Shown: positions 11,532 through 24,331 of the stretch, piece by piece
Layout of the letters: each line of letters opens with the position of its first letter
Position numbering within the stretch: position 1 is the stretch's first letter
Source: Paramecium tetraurelia
Lineage: Eukaryota
Direction of reading: 5' to 3'
Assembly (NCBI GenBank): GCA_000165425.1
Contig: CT868352.1
Span: 124,001-188,000 of the forward strand
DNA length: 64,000 nucleotides
The notes under the pieces: model-generated
The model's database searches: none
What the model was told of the DNA's origin: nothing
Seen by the model: only the letters and a program-made list of their open reading frames with translations
Translations under genes and position numbers: made by a program

Positions 11532-14500
11532 ATGAATACCCAAGTGAATGAAAATGACCCTCTAAAATCAGAAACTAAGAAGCAAGATGACTAAGATGTG
11601 CCTTACCTTCAATTATATAGGTTTGCTTCGAAATATGATTATGGACTAATGCTTCTCAGTATGATCGGAGCACTTGGAAATGGATTATCAATGCCAATCT
11701 ATTCAATTATTTTCGGTGACCTCACTGATTCCTATGCTTACGATGATGACAATATCAAAATCAGGAAGGCTGGATTCAACACATTGTAAATATTTTTTGG
11801 TGACTTTAGATATATGGCAATTTTGGGAATTAGTACTCTATTAGTGACTTTGTTGATGTATGCAACATTTTCCATCAGTACTGAGAATCAAACCAAAAAA
11901 TTGAGGAGGCGTTACCTAGAATGTCTTTTAAAAAAGTAGGTTATGTGGTATGATTAAGTGAATACAAATGCTTTAAACCAAAAAATAAACAACGAAATAT
12001 CTTCAATATCTGAAGCAATAGGAGAGAAGACTATGACATTTACCTTTTCTTTTTGTGCCTTTATAAGCGGTTTCATAGTTGGATATATAAAGTAGAAGTT
12101 GTATTTAAATTTAGGGGTTGGAAATTAGCCTTAGTAATCACTTCAGCTCTACCGCTGCTGGCTGTTACAATAGCTTTTATTGGATTTTCAGCATCTTGGA
12201 GGGAGCAATTCACAATAAAGTCAGACATCGAGGCTTCAGCTGTGGTCGAAGAAACACTGAGTTAGATCAAAACCGTGAAGATGCTTGATGGAGAGGAATT
12301 TGAATTTCAAAGGTTCAAGAAGATCATAATGCACTCATCCAAATCGATAATTAAATATGGATTATTTTATGGTTTGTCGTTTGGATCTATGCAAGGATTT
12401 CAACAATGGACTTATGCATTGGGAATATTTTACAGTGGTCAATTAGTTTCAAATTAAGTAGTAAATGAAAATTACAATAGGTTGACCCTGAATATACAGG
12501 TCCAGTATATACATCTGGCAGTATTTGCACTGTGTTTTTTGCCATTCTGATGGGAAGCTTTTCCTTAGGATAAATCGGTCCTTGTCTATAGTGTTTTGCC
12601 AAAGGAAAATTGGCAGCAAGAGAAGTCTTTAAAATTTTAGATGAGAAACTAGTTATAGAAGAAAATAATGAATTCCTAAAATGTGATGATTTTAATGGCG
12701 ATATTTAGTTTAAGGATGTCTCTTTCTCTTATCCTACAAAACAAGAAATTTAAGTGTTAAAGAATGTCTCCTTCACAATTCCTTAAAGTAAGAAGGTTGC
12801 ATTTGTGGGGTAGAGTGGGTCTGGGAAATCTACAATAGCTTAATTATTGCTTAAGTTTTATGAAATTGATAGTGGAGTAATTTTAGTAGGCTAAAATGAA
12901 GTACCCTTGAATAGTATTGGAAAGGAGTAGTTTAGAAAGAAAATTGCCATTGTTTCTTAAGAACCTGCTCTATTTAATACCACAATCAGAGAGAATTTGA
13001 AATTGGGGAATCAGAGTTGCAATGATGAAGAATTAAAAGCAATGTTAGTATCTATGAATGCATCAGAATTGATTGATCATTTAGATACTAATGTAGGCAT
13101 AAATGGGAATTAATTTAGTGGTGGTTAAAAATAGAGAATAGCATTGGCTAGAGCATTGTTATAAAAACCAGATATTTTAATTTTGGATGAAGCTACCAGT
13201 GCCCTCGATAGAACAAATGAATAATAAATAACTAAAATTATAGATGAACGATATTCAAATATAACTAGAATTGTTATTGCTCATCGTTTAACTACTATTT
13301 AGGATAGTGATGTCATTTTTGTGTTTCAATAAGGGTTGATTTTAGGATAAGGTACGCATACTGAATTATTGCAAAAATGTGAATAATATGCTTATTTAAT
13401 CTCAAAACAATAGACAAAAGAGGAAGCCATCATGTTACCCACCCAAATCAGCATAGAAGTTGAATTAAGTAGAAAGAGAACTGAAAGGTCACTTAAAAAG
13501 ACCTAGATATATGATGTGAATCAATCTGAAAAATCAAGAATTAGATTGATTGATACAGAAAATGAAATAGCGAAGATGTCAATTGCTAGAGAAGAAACTC
13601 AACTAAAGTAAGATACAATTGAAGTAAGCAGTGAAAAATCGTTTATTCAAACTTTGAAAGGTCTCATATTCCTTAACTATAAAGAAGTTCATTATTTAAT
13701 CCTGGGTTGCTTAACAGCATTTGTTAATGGATCGATATATCCATTGTTCTCTCAAGTGATTGCAGAAGTAATTGAAGCACTACTAGTTAATAATCCTCAA
13801 TTCAATATTGAAAATAGCACACCAGAAGAGATTCAAAATAAAGTTGACAATTTGAAAGAATCTATTCTAAAATGTGAAACCAATCTATTCATTTTAGGAT
13901 TTGTCTATTTTATTTCATCAGCTGTAGAATGCTTTTGCTTCAGTGTCTACTCTGAAAGATTGACTATAAGAATGAGATTGGAAATGTTCAATAAATTCTT
14001 GCATTTACCTGTATCATTTTTTGACAATCCCAATAATAATGTAGGATTCTTAACTACTAGAGTCACTACTGATGCGAGAACAGTCTAATAACTCTTTTAA
14101 AATATTATTGGATTCAAATGTCAATATTATTCTGCCATTTTCGTTGGGTTTACATTAGCATTTATTTCATCTTGGAAACTTACTCTATTAGCAATTGGTA
14201 TAGCTCCTCTTTCCTATTTAGGAAGTGTGTTAAGTTCAAAATATGTGGTTGGATCATAACAATCATTTTGCGAATAGGTTTATGTGACAAGTAATAGGAT
14301 CTTAATGGAAACTCTAACTAATATTAGAACTGTCTATTCATTGAGAGCTGAAAATGTGTTGGTTGAATAATATACCAAACTCTTGGAAGAGCCAAGCTAA
14401 TAAGCGAAAAAACTTGGTGCTTGGATTGGAGTTAGCTCAGGATATGCATAACTGAAACCGTTTTTTGTTAACGGGTACCTCTTCCTTATGGGAACTCTAC

Positions 14501-15518
14501 TCCTATATTATGACGGGTTAGCTGTACTTGGAATCTATTAAACAATTTTAGCAATTATCTTTGCTGTAGTTGGAGGTGCCAAGGATATTTATTTCCAGTC
14601 TGATAACGCTAAGGCTAAAATGGCTATCAACTATTATTTTAATCTATTAGAAGTTGAAGATGAATTTCAACGAGAAAATCGACTAAAATCATAAAGACTT
14701 AAAGTACCTATTTTGGGCAATTTGGAATTCAAGGATGTTACTTTTAGTTATCCCTAAAGACCAAACATTTAAGTACTTAGGAACTTAAATCTCAGAATCG
14801 AGGCATGCACAACTGTTGGTTTTGTAGGTTCATCAGGATGTGGCAAATCCACTTTGTTTTAGTTGCTATTGAGATTCTATGATGTTGTTTCTGGGGATAT
14901 ACTGCTAGATGGTTAGTCTATTTATGATTTTGATTTGAAATACCTGAGGTAACATTTTGCAATTGTCCAATAAGAACCACAATTATTTAATGAAACAATC
15001 TACTACAACATTTAATATAATCTTAAAGGCATTACTTAAGAAGATATTGAGAATGCAGCCAAACTATCCCATGCTTATGACTTCATTATGCAAGAAGATT
15101 TTGGTGGATTTAAAAAGAAGGTAGGCAGCAAAGGAAGTTTGATTTCAGGTGGCTAAAAGCAAAGAATTGCTATTTCTAGGGCTGTTCTCAGAAATTCAAG
15201 TGTATTTTTGTTTGATGAAGCTACCAGTGCTTTGGATTCAAACGTTGAGTCAATAGTTTAGAAACAAATTGAAGAATACTTAATTGGCAAGACCTCCATT
15301 GTTATAGCTCACAGAATATCAACGATTAAGGTACATTTTTAATTATATTGTAGAATTGCAAAGTCATCTATGTTTTTGATAAAGGTTAGGTTATTGAATA
15401 AGGAGATTACAATTTTCTTGTAAGTTAAAAGGGTCATTTCTATCATCTCGAATAAGGTCTCCTTAATTAGAATCAAGAAAATGAAATGAGTTTCTAATAA
15501 GTGGATGTTGATGAATGA
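11532..15518 (+). CDS. Full-length ABCB (MDR/P-glycoprotein) transporter, TMD-NBD-TMD-NBD
   Basis: Walker A motifs GQSGSGKST and GSSGCGKST; signatures FSGGQKQRIALARA and [22 protein letters not shown] and IAHR each twice. Introns at about 11786-11809, 12092-12114 and 15331-15353. Confidence 0.95.
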
Positions 15519-15561
15519 TTGTTTTATTAAAAATTGTAAATAATTTAATTTATATTTATAA

Positions 15562-16434
15562 TCATTTATTTTGATCTATTCCTTTAAAATACTTGTTTTT
15601 AATATAATCCTTAACCTCCTCTAAGACTCCTTCATTGTCAAAATCATGAACGGAAAAGTCATATTTATTCTATATTTGCCTTATATTTTTATTGACTATG
15701 TCGTCAACAATCATTTTGTCTTCCTCAGGCAGTTATTGTTTATTCCAAATCGCTGGTTTCTCGAATGACGGAGCATTATTTAAAACTGATAACAATTCAT
15801 GAACCTCTCCCAATTCTAAACAGTAATATAATATTACTCAATACCTTATATCAATTGTCTTCTATTCTACTCAACAACTGGTTGTGATTATAAGAATGTA
15901 GCGTAAATCTTGTAATATTCCATATGCAATCTCTGAAAGCTGTCCACCTACTTTGCTCCCTGCAAACGAGTATTTTAATTGAATTATTCCACAAGCTCTT
16001 TAATTTCAGTAGGATTTGGTTTTTTATAGATGTTTTTGGCTTACTCAACATACCTCTTGCCATAGTTATCAATTCTAGGTTTTCTAACATCTACCTAATT
16101 CAGATCAACTTTAATTTCAGGTTCTTTGACCTAAATACAAATTTGATTTTACCTATCCTTCATCAAAAATCTCTTTGATTTGCTAGAATACAACAGCATT
16201 CCTCTCTAATAGCATTGTATTGATTTCCTTCATATCCATGGCTTCTATTATTTTGAATTCAAGTTGCTTCAAGTGTAATTCTTCTTGTTTTTTTCTAACA
16301 TCCGATCTAGCTTTTTCCATCTGAGTTTTTTTTTGTCTTTCTTCTTCATTGTTTTCGAAAACTCCAGAGCTTTTAAGAGTTTGATTATAATTTTGTGTTG
16401 AATTAGGTCTTTAAGAAGAATTGGGTCTTCTCAT
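15562..16434 (-). CDS. Hypothetical coiled-coil protein
   Basis: Starts MRRPNSSQRPNSTQ; open in the ciliate code with one mini-intron; ends YFKGIDQNK*. Confidence 0.65.
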
Positions 16435-16759
16435 TTCAATTTATTATTATTTCAAACTTTATATAATATATTCAAAATCTATTTACAAAGAAAATGCTCA
16501 TAGAATATCAACCCAATAATAAATAATCTAAAATATTGAACTAATCACTTTCTATACTATACTTAGGAGTCAAGATCTTCTTTGAGTTTTCAGATTTCCT
16601 AATTTTTAATTCAAATTTCAAAAAAAGAAGTATAAAAGAATCATCATGCAAACTTGATTTCTTTACTTTGTTGTGATCATTGGAAACCTAAATTTCAATT
16701 CATCATGAAATTTCTACATAACTCTTGTTTTTCAATTAATAAATAATTCATATAATAAT

Positions 16760-17204
16760 TCAAGAATTTATTTTATTGCTGTAGAGCTTATTGACTATTT
16801 CTTGCATTTCAGTTTTTAATTTTGAAAATTCCCATTATTCATCTATCTCTTATACTTCTTCAACCGGTCTCAATACTTATGTTAAAATACTAAAATCAAT
16901 GTCATCAGCCTAATGATTAAATATCAAATAAGTACTGGTTAAGGCAACGATGATATTTTAGCTAAATTCTACAATTCATTAATATTCTATAATTTTTATC
17001 CTAGAACAACTCCTGCATCTGAAATCTGATTTTAAGGTTTTTTTTCCTCTTCAGCATCAGGAATATACTATATATCATCTGCTTTTCCAGCTGTTTCCCA
17101 GATGTTCAACTTCTTTTCCACACGACTTTATGTTTAAGATATATTTACTTGTTTGTGTTCAACTTGACATTGTTTCCTGAAAAACCCCAACCTTATTTAG
17201 CCAT
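16760..17204 (-). CDS. IFT43: Intraflagellar transport protein 43
   Basis: YIPDAEEE...ADDIDFSILTQVLRPVEEVQEIDEQWEFSKLKTEM matches the IFT43 pattern IPDLEE...IDL.LLT.VL.P..EV.E.D..W....L.TE. One intron at about 16910-16935. Confidence 0.85.
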
Positions 17205-17294
17205 TATTTATATAAGTTATATTATAATATATATATATATTGTTTTTAAATCAATTATTTAGATGCATGATTATAAAGAGATACATATATAAAT

Positions 17295-20200
17295 TCAGAT
17301 TTAATGAACTACGCTTTTAAGATCCATTCTCAATAAATTAGTAAATTGACCATCGCCAACAAATTCTTTAATAGAGTCAATATCTAATTCAACTTAATCA
17401 TTCTAATATATAATAAATGTGCTTATAATCCTTCTAAAATTGGTTATTAGATTTTTAATTTGTTGCTCCGATAATTTCCCAATCTAATAAAACTTGTTCT
17501 AACATGATATTCCAAAGTATTTTTTCAATTTTCGTTGCAATTCAACTGTGACTGCTTGCTATTCTATTTGCCCATGACTCATTCTATGATAGTTGATAAT
17601 CATCTTTCTAATAGTCTAATACATGAATAGCTTATTTTGAATAATCTTTGCTTAGTCTTCATCCTTTTCTTCGTAATAAACAACACAAGTTTCATTGTTT
17701 GATTAAATGATAAAAGACTAAAATTTATATCTATGATTACTCTATTCAATAAGTTTTAGGCAAACTAAATTAATTAATCTCCTTAAATGGTTTTAGGTAT
17801 ATCCACTTAGGAGGGTTGAGTCTTGCGATTATCACTAGCAATGATAATTTTTTTATGCACTGAGTCATAAATACCATTCAACAAACCATAGCCTATAAAC
17901 TCAAAAGCATTCTCAGGTTTTAATAACTTAAATATTTTAGCTATAAATTATATTCAACAATTACATTATAAATTTTATGCCAATATTCTGTGTTGCGGTT
18001 CTTGGAGCAAATAAATTCCTTTTTCCTCAGAGTATTTTAAGTTATTTAGAACACGAAAAGAGATTCGATTAACAAACTAACTATAATTTTCATTTTTGAA
18101 AGTGTAAGAATTTCTTTATTAAGTGCTTTTCGTCTCTATAGCTAAATATATCACTTATTTTCTGGACCCTACATATAGACTTCCCTCTATGTTTGATTTA
18201 GCTAACTTAAATGTCACATGCCTTCTATAGTGATCAAATTTGAATTTCTTCTGAAGTTTAATTACTGCCTTCTCGTGAGCCTTTGTATAAACTTTTAACA
18301 CATTTTCATTATGCCAATTCACTATATACCCCTTCAAGTATTTTTAAGGCTTTTTAATGGTTTTCTTAATGTTTTCAACTTTAAAATAGGTAGATTTCAT
18401 TTTAATATCTTCAGCCTTGGCTTGGAATAGTTCTTATTCTTTGTTGATGAAGATATTGATTTGAAAGAGTGAACCATCATTTTTATTAATACCAGTAATC
18501 ACTCCAATTTTCTCAAAAGTATAATTATTTGTTAGAGATACTAATTAAAATATTAAATTATCTTACTTTCATCATCTGAATGTTAACTATTATCATCTTT
18601 CATTAAATCAGGTAATTGCAAACTCACTTACTTTGCAAACATTTTTTTATCGTCATTTGGCACAGCCAAAGTCTAAGTTTAATGCTTCTACTCTATAGAT
18701 GTCTAGCTTTCCATTTAAGATTCAGATTTTTAACTTTATCGATCTGATTTCTTATCATCTTCGATAATATTGTGGGAAATTTCATTTTTTGATTACAAAT
18801 TATGAGGGGCATTAAAAAGTTGTTTATTATTTTAATCTGTACGTTCTTCTTTTTATTGAATTTCATTCACTTCATGTTCTTTTTTATCATCCTCATCTTC
18901 CTCTATGATTGTATTATTAGCTGAAACCTTTTCTTTATTTCCATTTGGAACATTATTTTGTAAGACTGCTTATTATTATTAATTGTAATTATCTACCTCA
19001 CCAATATTGTTAGACCCTACCATAGAATTATTAGCACTCATCTAATTTAATTATAGAGTGAAATCTAAATTTTAGTTTACTTCAGTCTATTAACTTTATT
19101 TTTATTTTTAATTTTCATCTTCAATTTTATCAAATTCTGATAACAACCCTTAAGATGAAAACAAATTATTATTGAATTGCCCAGTTTGATTAATCCTTTC
19201 ATCATTGGAATTTTCCTTTTCTACATCTCCTTCACTATTTTAATGTTATTCTTCTTCAATTTATTCCTTCTTTACTGATCCAGCCTGACTATTTTAATTA
19301 TTTTAGACGTATTCTTCTTCATCTATTTATTCTTAAACCAATGGCACATCTTAAAATGGTTCTACCTTGGTAAACATTTAATCTTGGTTTGTATGAGCAG
19401 CCTTCTAAACTACTATTGAATCTGAATTAAATTATTGTATATCTGCTATTGTAATAGGAGTGTTATAATTTAATTGCTATTCTTCTATTTTAGGTAGTAC
19501 TTATTCTAACTTCAATAAATTAAAATCAAATCGAATTTAATATTCGCTATATTTGTCTTTAAATTGTATATAAGGGTCCATTGAGGAAAGACATAGTTGA
19601 GAAGAATTTATGATAAAAAAAGGTTGGAGTTCATCCTGAAGTTGAATAATTTATTGTTTGTTGACTTGAAAAGAGGAGTTTAAATTTAGAATGAAAATAT
19701 GATCTAATTTCTGTGAAATGTCATTGCTTTTCCTACTTGATTTTCTTAAGGTGAATAGATCGTAAAATATCAAATCTATTTAAGTTTGCTCTTATGAATT
19801 CCAAGCTACAAATAAGTATCCATTATGTATGAGATTATTGTTTTAATCTTTAATTTTAATGTAATGATGATCAATTGCTTCTTAATATTTAGATCCTATT
19901 TTTTAAATACGTGATTTCAATTTAATATTGCTGGATCTCCATTATTTTTAGATCATAATAATATGTTAAAGCTTTTATTCCTCATTTAATTTGTTGGCAG
20001 TTTACTGAATGATTTCATCAACTTTATTCTCAACTATTTGTTAATTCTATTGTAGATTGACTTCATTAACATCTTCTACAATTTCCTCGAGATCATCAAT
20101 TTATTTGCAAGATATGTTTTGTTATCCAAAATTATTCTTGCTTGAAGATTCCTAATCATATTCTAATTTTTTAGTGAAACTTTGCAATGTTTCATCTCTA

Positions 20201-21919
20201 GTCATTGAAGATCTTTTCTTATCGTAGTCTTAGTTGATTTCGTTTTTAATTTTTTCATTGAATTTCTCAGTCGTAAGGTAATGTTCTTCTTCTTCATCTG
20301 TTTTGGATTCTCTATTGTTTACTGTTTGAACAGCAACCAATGGCTAAGGTTCACTATCATCTAATTGCTCCTAAATGAAAGGATCAGTATTAAATATTTA
20401 TTTTTATTATTCCTATGACTTTTTGATCTCTCTAGAAGTCTGAGGAGTATTCTTCTGCAATTTCTGTTATTGAATTTATTGATTCATATAGCGAAAGGCT
20501 TCTAATTTTTATAGTTCTCTCTGCTTCTAGTCCTAAATGAATTTTAATTCTTCCTATTCCTTTAATGCTAACTATGGATATGGATATAAGATTTACAATT
20601 TTGAGATTTTCAATGTCTTATTATAGTGCCTTAGCCTTCTCAGCAATTTCAGTATCTGTCTTTAGATTCTCTTCACTTACTTGATTTAAGGTTCTATTGG
20701 TAGCTGACATCTATTTTTTGATAGTGAAAGCTTCTTTTTTTGTAATTTCAAATGCTTTTAATTTAGATGATTAAGATTGGGTCATTATAGCTGATTGGGG
20801 TCTGAGACTGTGTCCCAATCTTTTAGTTTCTGATTAAAATAGCCTATCAGATACTTTTTTGGCGGTGTCAGTATTTTGATTTCTTAAGGCACTTTAGGCG
20901 TATTGACTTGTGACATTTGCTCTGATTTGAAATTTGTGATTGAGAGATGTAATGGCGATTTTCTGGGCTTCAGCAATAGCCAATTGACGGGCAAATTCTT
21001 CATAGATGGCTTTCAATTAGATTGTCAAGTAATGATGAATGCCGAGGTTGTCTTCAGCCACTTTAAAGGCAGAGGCATAGGCTTGGAGTGCGAATTAGTA
21101 TTTTTAGAAATGCTATTCTTGAACTCCTACGTTATAAAAGGATATTGCGAGGGCACTTACACAACGCTGGAATTTAAAGTTCTACATTGATACATGATTC
21201 TTTATATAAAATTAATATTCTTTGTGGCTTTCTGCAACGGCCTTCTTAGCATTCTCAAGGGCACCTTCATGTCTATTTGCTAATATAAAATTAGAAGTAC
21301 TCTTCAACTAAGGACAATACTACTGATAAATTTAGATGGGTAACTGCAACCTCTTTTAAGTTATATTTTCGAATAACTGCCAAAGCACATTCCAGTTCTT
21401 TTAAGGCTTTTTCCATTTATCCAACTCTTCTGTAATAGCACCCCAATCCGTTGAGAATTTGGACTCTCAAATACCCTTGTTGTTTGGGAGTCAATCCTTT
21501 AAACATTTGATCGCATCCCAAGAGTAGCAATAAGGCGGATGCGGGGTCGTTTTCAAGAATGGACATGGCACTAGAAACAATCAGCAAGGTGACTTTGGTG
21601 ATTACTTGAACCTATGATTGCTAGCCTAGATATTTCTTTCCATCTGCTATCACTAGAATAAATTATAGTATTGAAGATTACTTTGATTTAAAAGGAGAAT
21701 CGCTTGATTGACTTGTCGATTGGTTATCAACTCTAAGGCTTCATTCAAAATTGGGTCATCATGACAATCCAATTCCTATCCTATTTGATTGATATCCCAA
21801 ATTGCATTGATAGTGTTATTTTGCATAGACGGCATGATAGACATCCTCCCATTTGAGTGTCCTGAAGCATTTGATATTGATCGTGTTTGCAGTTTTTGTT
21901 AGTGTTATTTGATAAACAT
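17295..21919 (-). CDS. Large protein with N-terminal TPR repeats, acidic low-complexity middle and IQ-like motifs
   Basis: TPR-like segments ILNGLGCYYRRVG, LNLSVVLSLVE and ALAISFYNVGVQEQHF; IQ-like AVIKLQKKFK. Several mini-introns; exon boundaries approximate. Confidence 0.7.
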
Positions 21920-22096
21920 CAAATCAATGAATTAATAATTGAATTATTAATCTAAGAAATAAGCAAAAAAATGTATTGTTAACCAAATGTGACTCCGCAT
22001 TACAAGGAATAAAAACCTGATTATCCATGTTCCTGCATTCAAATTATTTATTCTAATTATGGAATTAAATCTAAGAAATTAAAATTATAATTCATT

Positions 22097-23713
22097 TCAA
22101 GACAATTGCAACATTATCTATAAAAACTCCTCTTAAGTAATTTAACCATCCCCATTCTAATCTAATTATTTGGATAGATTCTCCAATTTCTCCTTTGGAA
22201 TCTGCATGTCTCTCAACAGTTTCTTCACTTCCAACTTACTCAACTACCCACTGTGATCCCTATCGATCTGTTGAAATAGCAACAACAACTTCTCTCGATT
22301 AAAGTACTTCTTTTGATCTATAGTGGCCATGATGAATTCTATTATGTTAAACAACAATATTTACCTTGATAATCTATTCTGCCACTGCCATTCTGATCAA
22401 TCTTGGCGAAGATGGCATCAACCTCCTGAGCTGCTTGATCAGATGAAAACATGGTACAATAAACTTTGAGTAGTTCATCCTTAGTTAACAATCCATCCTT
22501 ATTCAAATCAAATTTTTGGAATTCATCCATCAACTTCTTCTTGTCTTACTCGGACATCATATTTTCAGCAATGTAGTTCAACATTGCATTTTGCATTTGA
22601 GATTATTACTAAATTATCTAAATATATTTAAATACTTTGAAATCCCTCATATGTTTTGACAGCTATTTATTGGGCTTGGTTACTATGCGAGTTCTATTTT
22701 GAAATATCGAATGATTAATGACTTCAGTTGCTGTGGGTCTCTATTAAGGATTTGAACTCAGCATCTTAGAGACCAATTGTTTCATATCAGGATTAATATT
22801 AGCCCACTCTGATCCATCGAAATTAACCACACCTCTTTGTATTGCAGTTTTGACAGCTTGAGTATCTCGCCCTTAAAATGGCATATGTGATGTCAGGAAG
22901 AAATAGAGTAGGCATCCACTTGACCAAATATCTGCCTTCTGAGTCAAAGGAGTGTTCATTGTTAATTACTTAAAAACCTCTGGGGGTTTGAAAGATATCT
23001 CCTATATACTACCACTTGGTTTCCAAGACATACATAGGGTTTTCATCTAATTTGAAATGCCAAAGTCAATGAGCTTAATGTTCTCCATAGATTTGTTAGT
23101 GAATAATATGCTATCTAATTGAATATTCCTTAAATTAAGAATTCAAATCATACCCATGGACCATCCCTTAATTGTGTAAATGTTGTAATCCTGCCATTAT
23201 CTGACAGAACACATCTATCATTGTGTATTGTTGTAACTAACTAAACTTATCCAACTAAGAGAGCAGATTTCCACCTTCGCAAAATTCCTAAATCAAATAC
23301 AAACGATTGTCGTTATAATAGTAAGATAAAGTACTAATCAAATTCAAATGTTTCTTTCATTAGATCATACGTCTTACAATTTGCATCAATTGATTGATAT
23401 TCCTCTCCAGTTCCTACTTCTCCGATACACTGAGAGTTAAACAATTGAAAACTTTAGCTATTCTAGATGCATTGTTGCTCTTAGAAACTATTTTTTTTAG
23501 ATAATTTCTTGATGCTAACAGTGTTACTCAAAAACAAATACTGACTAAAGGATCCAAAGCATGGAAAATATAATCAGCCTCAATTTTTTCAGTCTCCTAA
23601 ATTGGAGGAGCATGAGCGAGATTTACACTCTAAACAGCGTGATTTGAACTCCGATTTTAAGGAGAGTTCAGTTTGCTGTCAGGTTTTCCTGTTTTTGTTC
23701 CTGTACAACCCAT
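22097..23713 (-). CDS. Calcium-dependent protein kinase-like protein (probable pseudokinase) with four EF-hands and an MGC N-terminus
   Basis: Kinase motifs EFCEGGNL, IKLIDFG and KADIWSSGC. EF loops DLNKDGLLTKDE, DQNGSGRIDYQE, DRDHSGQLSKLE and DQNGDGQITQEE. The catalytic loop reads VHGNIQLDS. Confidence 0.85.
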
Positions 23714-23759
23714 TAGTGATGAAAATATTATATTATTAATTGAACAAAAAATCTTAAAG

Positions 23760-24290
23760 AGGCACAAACTTATACCTTTCTTATCTTTTAAATTCAACCA
23801 CTAAGATTCAAATATCTGCCATCCAATCAAAGAAGATATTCATACCATATCAGAATAATAATTTCCATTATTAAATTTGAAAATCCATACACTTATTTTC
23901 CCAGGATAACGAAGCCAATAAACGCATAAATATAAGAAATACCGCAATGAATTTATTTAATATAAATATAATTTTCGATTCTGTAAATGTAATTATCCAT
24001 CCCACAATTCCATTGCTCTGCTTCATAAACACCACCAGAAATGTACCTGATCCCTTCATCAATATGATTATGATACTAAACTCCTTTGAAATTCAGTCAA
24101 ACTCTGAAGTTGCACGATCTAATGGCCCTACTGCTATTTTAAGATATAGGGGATATTGCATATTTTCAAATTTAAGATTCAGATCAAAAAGTTCAGAAGA
24201 TTGGAGTTGAAATAAGATGATAACTTAATTTGAGTGGAAATCCAAAAACGTAACATGGTAAAAAGGAATGTAAATTAGTATAAAATAAAG
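23760..24290 (-). pseudogene. Probable decayed MORN-repeat gene remnant
   Basis: Fragments in different frames resemble MORN repeats: GIRYISGGVYEAEQWN, WIFKFNNGNYY, and DGRY / ESQWLN..KKGI. Broken by TGA and frameshifts. Confidence 0.35.
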
Positions 24291-24331
24291 TCGAAAATTT
24301 TATATAATTGTATTTATTAATATTAAAAATA

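Noticed and set aside
16500..16740. Short minus-strand ORF (MQKFHDELKFRFPM...)
   Set aside because: Too short and featureless; such ORFs arise easily when TGA is the only stop.
21193..21195. Separate gene start at ATG 21195
   Set aside because: That frame soon hits TGA, while the TPR frame continues from the upstream start at 21919.
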